A DNA stretch of 64,000 bases from Ilumatobacteraceae bacterium (GTDB lineage Bacteria; Actinomycetota; Acidimicrobiia; Acidimicrobiales; Ilumatobacteraceae): NCBI GenBank assembly GCA_049442935.1, contig JBMTOT010000001.1:2666-66665 (forward strand), written 5' to 3'. The position numbers and the translations under genes were made by a program. Of the stretch, positions 55,501 through 62,413 are shown one piece after another; within the stretch, counting starts at the first letter, position 1; every line of letters starts with the position of its first letter. The notes below the pieces were generated by a model. The model saw only the letters and a list, made by a program, of their open reading frames with translations. It did no database searches and had not been told where the DNA came from.

Positions 55501-58175
55501 ACACCGGGCACTGCGGCCCAGTTCGAGGCGATCGACAGGTTCGACACGTTTTCCTTGATCAGTCGGTCATTTCCCGATGCGAAGTCAGGCACTGCGAGAT
55601 CGGAAATCGTGGCACCCGCCCATTTGTCGAATGACACATCTGCGTACCGAAGGGTGCCGTTGTAGTTGGCCTCCATGCGGTACCGCACGCGGTCGAATGT
55701 GACTCCTTGGTTGGAGAGCGTCGCCGCAACATCGCTGGAGCCGCGGCCGTACCCGGTCTCGTACACAATTGGCCCAAAGTCAGAAGAACGCACAGGATTG
55801 GTCGTCTCGTAGACGAGAGTCGAGCCCGTCGGCGACTGGCTCCACCCTGCAAAGGTGTAGCCCGCCTTGGTCGGAGCAGACGGCAAAGTGAGCGACGACC
55901 CATACAACCACGTGCCCGAATTGACCGGAGAGCCGCCCCCGCTGTCGTACGTCACGTTGTACGTGCCTGCACTCCATTGTGCGTACAACGTGAAATTCGA
56001 CGTTTGCGGGGGAGACACAGTCGCCCCTGCATCTCCGACTTTCGTGCCGCCTGATGCGGAGTCAAACCAACCGTTGAACGTGTACCCGGCTTTCGTCGGC
56101 GCCACAGGCAGCGTCAACGACGACCCTGTGGTCCATGTCGCCGAACTCACCGACGACCCACCTTGGGAGTTGTAGGTGACCGTGTTCGTGTTGCCCGTCC
56201 AGCGCGCGTAGAGCGTCGCATTCTGTGCAATTTGGTACGACGTTCCCGTCGCATAGGTCGTGCCGGAGCCGTCGGCCGCCGTGTTCCAGCCGGCAAACGT
56301 GTATCCGGCGCGAGCAAGGCTTCCGGTGTTGGTCGACACTGTCACCGCCGTGCCTGCGCTCGTGAGGCTCCCGGTCGTGTACGCCGCCGCCGCCGGCACG
56401 GTGCCGCTCGTTGCACTGTTCGCGTCGTAGACGATCGGAAAACGAAGCTCGGCGTCGTAGTTGGCCGCAATCTCGGTTGATGTCAGAACCCGGTCATAGA
56501 TGCGTACCGAACGGATCGTTCCCTCGAGATCTGCGTCTAGCGGCCAATTGCTGCGGCCGACCCAACTGCTCGAGCGCGTCACGTTGTTCGGCAGACCCTT
56601 CAGCGGCCCGACCCTGTCCCAGGTGGTGGCCGATTCCACGCCGTTCTTGTACATCTTGCACGTGCCATCGGCCGCGAAAGTCACGGCATAGTTGGCACGA
56701 GCATTATTCGAGATGAAGTTTTCGACGTAACAGATGCCTTGACTCACATTGTCCCGATAGATCTCGAACGCAAGCCTTTGGGTCGTGCCCAGACGGGTAA
56801 GGAGAATATTGTCTGCAGTCTCGCCTGCCCCCAAGTCCACGATTCGTTCCCATGAGTCGGCGCTTGTTCCGAAATTTGCGGTTGCTTGGATCGTGATGCC
56901 GTTTGAGAAGTCCGACAGACCACCGCTCGACAGCTGCGCCCACTGGTTGGCATCACTCGGCGTGTTCAGGGTGAACCCGCGCGGCGTGAAAGACGAGACA
57001 GATTCAAGCGACGGAGAATTGACCAAAGTCGCGTCGCGGTCGTTGCCGGAGAGGTCGTACCAGGTCTCACCTGTCCCTGAGTACGAATTCGTGTCACTCG
57101 CATCGAGAAACAGCACCGGTGCACGCGTGAACGCCACGATTACGGTTCCCGAGCCACCGGCTGCACCATTGGTGGCCGGAAAGCTGGAGTCTCGCCAACC
57201 GCCGCCGCCGCCGCCACCGCCGCCTGTGTTCGCGGTACCCGCCGTTGCGACAGTGGTGTAGATGCCGCCGGTTCCTCCTCCACCGGCACCGCCGCTCCCG
57301 GCGACGCCGTTGGCGATGTTGTCGCCTTTTGTGCCGCCACCGCCGCCACCGCCGGCATAGTTCGAGGCCGTTCCACCGATCGTGATCGACGCACCCAAGC
57401 CGCCTGCTCCGCCACTTCCGCCTCGACCACCGATGTCAGAGCCGTCTGTCCCGGCTGCGCCGGAGCCTCCTCCTCCTCCGCCGCCTTCCCAGTTGTTCTG
57501 GCCACCTGAACGCGACGTCGTCGAACCTTCGGAGGTCAGAGACGACGCGCCACCATCCCCTGCTGAAGTCGATTGAGTGTCACCTGTCTGGGCTCTGCCA
57601 GAGCCTCCACCTGCGGCGCTGAGGGTTGCGAAACCTGAGCCGGACATCGATGTCGTTCCTCCGCCGCCGCCCGCTGATCCATAGCCGCCGCTGCTGTTGT
57701 TCGCGAGACCACCGGCGCCACCAGCGCCGACAGAAATCGACAATTGAGCTCCCGGCACGGCCGAAACAGACGAGTTGAACCAGACCCGACCGCCGCCGCC
57801 ACCACCACCGCCGCCGCGACCACCGTCGTTGGTCGATCTTGAGCCTCCGCCCCCGCCGCCGCCTCCTCCGACAAGCAACACCTGCATCGACTTCACATGG
57901 AGTGGAACGGTCCAGCTGTTGGCGGCGTTGAAGCGAACGACGCAGAAGTTGCCCGACTGCGTGACGGTCACATCAGACGCGCTGCCGACATCTTGCACAC
58001 ACGAACCGGTCCCGACTGTCGCCGCGCGAGTCTGACGAACCGAGCCGTCGCCCTCGGGGAACACGATGTCGAAAGCAAACATCAGCGAGACGACGACAAT
58101 GACACGTGCTGCCTTCTGCAGCCCCGCCCACATGGCTCTCACCGGAGCCGGCACAGCCAACATTGATTGTCCCAT
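52572..58175 (-). CDS. Giant (1867 aa) mosaic cell-surface protein: Gly-rich domain, LamG-like domain, five Listeria-Bacteroides-type repeats, five Ig-like repeats, Thr-rich stalk, terminal domain, C-terminal membrane anchor
   Basis: Single uninterrupted ORF. N-terminal hydrophobic segment KAARVIVVVSLMFAF. Modules were read directly from the translation. C-terminal WVVVLSLGAAVLLALLGG plus RRRTR. Confidence 0.8.
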   Translation of the reverse strand: MGQSMLAVPAPVRAMWAGLQKAARVIVVVSLMFAFDIVFPEGDGSVRQTRAATVGTGSCVQDVGSASDVTVTQSGNFCVVRFNAANSWTVPLHVKSMQVLLVGGGGGGGGGSRSTNDGGRGGGGGGGGGRVWFNSSVSAVPGAQLSISVGAGGAGGLANNSSGGYGSAGGGGGTTSMSGSGFATLSAAGGGSGRAQTGDTQSTSAGDGGASSLTSEGSTTSRSGGQNNWEGGGGGGGSGAAGTDGSDIGGRGGSGGAGGLGASITIGGTASNYAGGGGGGGTKGDNIANGVAGSGGAGGGGTGGIYTTVATAGTANTGGGGGGGGGWRDSSFPATNGAAGGSGTVIVAFTRAPVLFLDASDTNSYSGTGETWYDLSGNDRDATLVNSPSLESVSSFTPRGFTLNTPSDANQWAQLSSGGLSDFSNGITIQATANFGTSADSWERIVDLGAGETADNILLTRLGTTQRLAFEIYRDNVSQGICYVENFISNNARANYAVTFAADGTCKMYKNGVESATTWDRVGPLKGLPNNVTRSSSWVGRSNWPLDADLEGTIRSVRIYDRVLTSTEIAANYDAELRFPIVYDANSATSGTVPAAAAYTTGSLTSAGTAVTVSTNTGSLARAGYTFAGWNTAADGSGTTYATGTSYQIAQNATLYARWTGNTNTVTYNSQGGSSVSSATWTTGSSLTLPVAPTKAGYTFNGWFDSASGGTKVGDAGATVSPPQTSNFTLYAQWSAGTYNVTYDSGGGSPVNSGTWLYGSSLTLPSAPTKAGYTFAGWSQSPTGSTLVYETTNPVRSSDFGPIVYETGYGRGSSDVAATLSNQGVTFDRVRYRMEANYNGTLRYADVSFDKWAGATISDLAVPDFASGNDRLIKENVSNLSIASNWAAVPGVATAVTTGTGKSGRVELWPWDYGTATTGILPAGDSATFDSDDTTFQSNKYGSFQVHNLTDNQTVLAWNRHYDANPDIGFGNFIGTAPNNSRHPDWTFAQKTNFDLSSWKLQIFIGDLLGAGSTYTPTNTSDFTLYAQWTPNSLTVTYDSQSGSSISSGTTTTEGSIAASPGTPTRTGYSFNGWFAASSGGGAISFPYTHGQTSNFTLYAQWTANPLTVTYNSQGGSSISNGSTVTGGSIAASPGTPTRSGFDFKGWYLSASGGSAISFPYAHGRTSNFTLYAHWITNQTGFVITDQPASLVYLDTVDLGHAGGNGTGAVAFSTSTASVCSVNSTTGVVSMLTGTGTCTITATKSADDDYYVTSASVDISAAKANQSAFTISGTATGTYGTTVSLSASGGSTAGAVTWSDGASTACSVNASGVVSMTSGTGTCAITATMASNSNYFAVTSSAFSITPAKAAQAALTVTSTSAVYGVELALATSGGSGNGDVAWTVVSGTCTRSGSTLTPGNVGSSCVVRATKASDANYLSRSSSDTAITTAKGNQTGFSITSPTSFTTGSTLNLTASGGQSGGAVDWSVTNGTCTLSGARLAASRGGITCTVTATKAGNANYLPVSETAVVTVNKIVQTLIFRSTPPNPATVGTTYTVSVDSDAFLAATVVVANQSQSVCSISVGVVTFTSVGTCLLSASQSGSDVYSVSAASQSITVVAAAATQSSVPTTVVATVPDVTTTSVVGVESDGTDSAASTTTTTTTTLSPRASGAREGQATATTTTTSTTTTTTVPADPTQPQTGIDGGTPDLEVGQTTAMVRGQQVEVSVRRDDARLVLSLPNDVSIVIGRTQPSSDSVMVGADGMLRMYRDEFVDVAMTGFVPGTIYTVFMFSEATELTRGEVDADGAVSSQVLVPKDAEFGEHTIQVNGVGPGGEMVSVSMGFEVLERTDNTWVVVLSLGAAVLLALLGGRPIFIRRRTRNLWADR
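53373..54647 (-). repeat. Five tandem ~85-aa Ig-like repeats (coding)
   Basis: Recurring pattern ...G.GAV.(W/F)S....CSVN..G.V....GTGTC.ITA.KA...NY...S....I. Each unit has a Cys pair. Confidence 0.6.
54651..56441 (-). repeat. Five Listeria-Bacteroides-type (Flg_new-like) repeats; the third is interrupted by an about 230-aa insert
   Basis: Units of the form V.Y.S.GG........LP..P.K.GY.F.GW......(F/A)TLYA.W. Boundaries were checked against the DNA at FPIVYD (56441) and YAHW (54651). Confidence 0.65.
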
Positions 58176-58267
58176 CCGCCTGTTGGCAGGCTACCGAACG
58201 GAATGTCTAACGAGAAAAGCCCGATTTTGTTGCCGTTTTGTGGTCAGCACTACTCCAAGCCGGCCAC

Positions 58268-59482
58268 TTATTCGATGCGCATGCCGGCGATCGCGCGGGC
58301 GATGACCAACTGCTGGATCTCGCTCGTGCCCTCGAAGATGGTGTGGATCTTCGCGTCGCGGTGCATGCGCTCCACGTCGTATTCGCGCGTATAGCCATAG
58401 CCGCCGAGAATCTGGATTGCCTCCTCGGTGACCTTCACCGCCATCTCCGACGCGTAGTACTTCGACATCGACCCTTCAGCGTTCGTGAACCCACCGTTGC
58501 GGCCGAGCCATGCGGCACGCCAGATGAGCAGTCGCGCCGCGTCGATCTGGGTGATCATGTTGGCGAGTTTGAACGCGATCGCCTGGTTCATGATGATCGG
58601 CTTTCCGAACGCGACGCGCTCCTTGGCATAGTCGAGCGCGATCTCGTACGCCGCGCGCGCAATTCCGAGTGCCTGTGCGCCGACCGCCGGGCGTGTCGCC
58701 TCGAAGGTCTTCATCGCCGGCTGAGCCTCACCGGTACGTCCGGCTTCGCGGGCACGTGCGAGCTTCGCGTCGAGCTTCTCCTTGCCGCCAAGAAGGCAGC
58801 GGCCGGGAATGCGCACATCGTCGAGCACCACCTCGGCCGTGTGCGACGCCTTGATGCCGTGCTTCTTGTACTTCTGCCCTTGGCTGAGACCCTTTGTACC
58901 GGGAGGCACCACGAATGAGGCCTGGCCGCGGCCGCGCAGTTCCGGGTCGACGGCGGCGACGACCACGTGCACGTCGGCGATGCCGCCGTTCGTGATCCAT
59001 GCCTTGGTGCCGTTCAACACCCACTCATCTGTCGCCTCGTCATAGACGGCACGCGTGCGCAGCGACGACACGTCAGAGCCGGCATCGGGTTCGCTCACGC
59101 AGAACGCACCGAGCTTCACGTCATCGGCGGTTCCGTAGCACTGCGGCACCCATTCGATCACCTGCTCGGGTGTGCCATTGCCAGAGATGCCCGCGGCCGC
59201 GAGGCCCGAACCCATGATCGCCATGCCGAGACCGGCATCACCCCAGAAGATCTCTTCGATTGCGACCGGCAGGGTGAGACCTGACGGGTCGCCCATTGCG
59301 TTCATCATGAAGTCGATGCCGTAGAGACCGATCTTTGCCGCCTCCTGCACAACTGGCCACGGGAACTCTTCGCGGTCGTCCCACTCTTGTGCGGCCGGAC
59401 GCATCACATCTTTCGCGAATTCGTGGATCCAGTCCTTGATCTGCAGTTGGTCATCTGTGAGGTGGAGGGAGAACTCAGCCAT
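58268..59482 (-). CDS. Acyl-CoA dehydrogenase
   Basis: ATG at 59482 (MAEFSLHLTDDQ...), 404 aa. ACAD motifs and C-terminal IFEGTSEIQ. Confidence 0.85.
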   Translation of the reverse strand: MAEFSLHLTDDQLQIKDWIHEFAKDVMRPAAQEWDDREEFPWPVVQEAAKIGLYGIDFMMNAMGDPSGLTLPVAIEEIFWGDAGLGMAIMGSGLAAAGISGNGTPEQVIEWVPQCYGTADDVKLGAFCVSEPDAGSDVSSLRTRAVYDEATDEWVLNGTKAWITNGGIADVHVVVAAVDPELRGRGQASFVVPPGTKGLSQGQKYKKHGIKASHTAEVVLDDVRIPGRCLLGGKEKLDAKLARAREAGRTGEAQPAMKTFEATRPAVGAQALGIARAAYEIALDYAKERVAFGKPIIMNQAIAFKLANMITQIDAARLLIWRAAWLGRNGGFTNAEGSMSKYYASEMAVKVTEEAIQILGGYGYTREYDVERMHRDAKIHTIFEGTSEIQQLVIARAIAGMRIE

Positions 59483-59587
59483 GGCCGAAAAACTACCGGC
59501 GGGTAACCGTTCCAACCCAGTCACCCTGGAGTGCAACCCATTTCCAGCCCAGAGCACACATTCAGGCCGGAATACGAGAGAGGTACC

Positions 59588-59860
59588 ATGCCGACAGACG
59601 ACACCGCCCGACGACAGCTCTACACAAGCCTGGAGACGCTCATGGGACGCGACAGCGCCGGAATCTTGATGGATCACTTGCCCCCCAGTGGGTGGCAGCA
59701 CCTCGCCACCAAGGACGACATCGCAGTGCTCGCCGAACAACTGCGGTTCGAATTCAGCGAGACAATGAACCGTCAGACATGGCGCCTCGTGACCGCGATG
59801 ATCGCCTCTCAGGCCGTGATGGCCACCGTGTTTGGCATCGTTGTCAGTGCGACTGCGTAG
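59588..59860 (+). CDS. Small (90 aa) C-terminally membrane-anchored hypothetical protein
   Basis: ATG at 59588. Helical region LATKDDIAVLAEQLRFEF followed by the hydrophobic tail LVTAMIASQAVMATVFGIVV. Overlaps the convergent MFS gene by 17 nt. Confidence 0.4.
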   Translation: MPTDDTARRQLYTSLETLMGRDSAGILMDHLPPSGWQHLATKDDIAVLAEQLRFEFSETMNRQTWRLVTAMIASQAVMATVFGIVVSATA

Positions 59861-61034
59861 TCGAGCGCACAGAGCGCACCACAAAAAACGCCGCCACGAA
59901 GAGCGCCGCGCTGATGAGATACGGCGCACCTTCGTTCAACCCATCGAAGATTGCGCCGGCGATGATCGGCCCAGTGATGCGTCCGAGTGCCCCGGCACTC
60001 TGCTGATAGCCGAGCGCCTCGCCTCGCCTCTCTGGTGACACGAGTTCGGTGACGATCGACGTGACCGACGGCGACGACACACCCTGGCCGAACGCAATGA
60101 TGACGACGGCGACTAACAACACAGGAATCACGTTCGCCCCCGACAACATCACAAGCCCGGTCGCGGTCGTCAACAACCCACCGAGCAGCAATGTCCACGA
60201 CCCGAACCGACGCGTCAACGGGCCGATCGCCGCCCCTTGCACCGCCACGAGAGAGACACCAACCGCGAGAAAGACAAGGGCTGTTGATGACTCGGTAAGT
60301 CCGAACCGACGCTCACCGAAGAGCGAGAACGTCGCCTCAAAACCAGAGAACCCGAGCGAGGCGATGAGAGCCATCAGTGCGAACCGCAATTGCACGGGTG
60401 ACTTCGGCAGTGAAAGCGAACGTGACGCGGCCGGTGCGGCCGAATCGCGAGACGGCTTCGTCTCGGGCAGTCGAATCGCAGCGGCAACCGCGTTCGCGAG
60501 AGCGACCGAGCCCGCAAGAAAGAACGGCACGTGCGGCCCGCCAAGCGCGGCAAGACCGCCAATGATCGGGCCGAGAACGAATCCGAGCCCGAAAGCCGCG
60601 CCGAGCAGCCCCATGAGACGGGGGCGTTCGTCGGGCGTGCTGATGTCGGCGATTGCACCCTGCGCCACGGCGACTGATGCACCAGACGCGCCGTCGATGA
60701 TGCGACCGAGGAACAGCACCCACAAGGCACCCGCGGCGCCGGTGATGAAACTGCCGAGCGCGGTCCCGAGTAGCGACACGATGATGACCGGTTTGCGGCC
60801 GATTCGGTCAGACACCCTTCCGAGGAACGGCGCACAGATCATCTGAGCAACCGAGAACGAGGCGAACATGAGCCCGACCTCGATGCCCCCGGCACCGAAG
60901 CGTTCGGCGTAACGACCGAGAATCGGCACCACGATGCCGAACCCCACGAGGTCGAGGGCGACGGTGGTCCAGATCGGCCAGAACCCTTTTGGTAACGGAG
61001 CGCGAGACCGACGCGCGACGGCTCGGTCACCCAC
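59844..61034 (-). CDS. MFS transporter (12-TMS, tetracycline-efflux-like)
   Basis: GTG at 61034, in frame with ORF 59844..61214, overlapping the cysS stop by 8 nt. Motif GRVSDRIGRKP. Confidence 0.75.
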   Translation of the reverse strand: MGDRAVARRSRAPLPKGFWPIWTTVALDLVGFGIVVPILGRYAERFGAGGIEVGLMFASFSVAQMICAPFLGRVSDRIGRKPVIIVSLLGTALGSFITGAAGALWVLFLGRIIDGASGASVAVAQGAIADISTPDERPRLMGLLGAAFGLGFVLGPIIGGLAALGGPHVPFFLAGSVALANAVAAAIRLPETKPSRDSAAPAASRSLSLPKSPVQLRFALMALIASLGFSGFEATFSLFGERRFGLTESSTALVFLAVGVSLVAVQGAAIGPLTRRFGSWTLLLGGLLTTATGLVMLSGANVIPVLLVAVVIIAFGQGVSSPSVTSIVTELVSPERRGEALGYQQSAGALGRITGPIIAGAIFDGLNEGAPYLISAALFVAAFFVVRSVRSTTQSH

Positions 61035-62387
61035 GACGAACTCTGGTGCCCTCTTTGGTTGTCTCGACTGTCCAGCCCGCATCTTGCAGTTCGGCGCGGA
61101 GTCGGTCAGCGGTGGCGAAGTCGCGCGATGCACGCGCTGCGTCGAGAGCAGCCGCTTTTTCCAAAGTCTCGGCGTCGACGTCGTCACCTTCGTGCACGTC
61201 GAGACCGACCGCACGCATCATCTCGAGTGCGGCGGCGCGCAACGACGCGACGCGGGCCGTGTCGCCGGCATCGGCGGCCGTATTGGCGGCGCGCACAGCG
61301 TCGAACACGAGCGCCATCGCCGCGACAGTGTCGAGGTCGTTGTCCATCGCCGTACGGAATGCGCCGAGCACGTCGGCATCCGGGTCACCGCCGCCGTGTG
61401 AGGAAGTGCGAGCGGCGAATGCGTCGAGCCCTGCGAGCGATGCCACCGCGGCCTCGAGCGTGTCGAGACCGACGCGCACCGGCGAGCGGTAGTGCGTCTG
61501 CAGCAGCAACAGTCGATAAGCGCGCGCGTCGTACTGGTCGAGCAAGTCGAGCAGGTTCGCGACATTGCCGAGACTCTTCGACATTTTCTCGCCCTCGACG
61601 TCGACCACGAACCCGTTGTGCATCCAGTGGTTCGCGAACGTCTTGCCGAGAGCCACTGCTTGCGCGCGCTCGTTCTCGTGGTGAGGAAAACGCAGGTCTG
61701 CTCCGCCGCAGTGCAGGTCGAACCCTTCGCCCAACAACTCGAGGCTCATGACCACGCATTCGCTGTGCCACCCGGGGCGGCCCGCCCCCCCCGCGCCGGC
61801 CCCCACGGCTGGCCGGGCTTGGAGAACTTCCAGAGTGCGAAGTCAGCCGGGTGGCGCTTGTTGCCGGCACCGAGCACCTCGCGCTCTCCCCCGCCGGCGA
61901 GCATCTCGTCGAGGCTCTGGTGTGCGAGCAGCCCGTAGTCGGGCACCGACTCGACAGAGAGATAGACGCCGTCGTCGGTCACGTACGCACTGTCACGGGA
62001 GATCAACTCGGTGATCATCGCCACCATCTGGTCGACGTACTCGGTGGCATGCGGAACGTCGGTCGGTCGCTCGACACCGAGGCGCCCCATGGCATCGAAC
62101 CAGATCGACTCGCATTTCGTCGTGATGTCGGTCCACGGGCGCTTCTCGTCGTGTGCGCGGGCGATGATCTTGTCGTCGATGTCGGTGATGTTCGACGCGA
62201 GACGCACGTCGAGCCCCGTCCACTCGAGGTAGCGGCGCAGAATGTCGTAGACGAGCGTGGCGCGCCCGTGTCCGAGGTGCGGCGGCCCGTACACGGTGGG
62301 GCCGCAGAGATAGATGCTGACCTTGCCCGGGTCTCGCATTGCGAGGGGCTTCACCGTCTTGGTGGCGGTGTCATAGAGGTTCAGCAC
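61027..62387 (-). pseudogene. cysS: Cysteinyl-tRNA synthetase split by a frameshift at a homopolymer
   Basis: ORF 61746..62387 carries the N-terminal half (HLGH motif). ORF 61027..61806 carries GRPGWHSEC, KMSKS and the C-terminal anticodon-binding part in another frame. The junction is at the C8 run 61785-61792. Confidence 0.8.
61785..61792. repeat. C8/G8 homopolymer at the cysS frame junction
   Basis: The plus strand reads gcccg-cccccccc-gcgcc. One extra base would join the two frames. Confidence 0.9.
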
Positions 62388-62413
62388 TCTGACAAGCCTA
62401 CGATTTGAGGTCT

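Noticed and set aside
57123-57983. Poly-GGN DNA in the giant gene as a microsatellite or contingency locus
   Set aside because: The Gly tracts use mixed codons (ggc/ggt/gga/ggg) rather than a uniform repeat unit, so slipped-strand phase variation is unlikely. It is treated as a protein-level feature.
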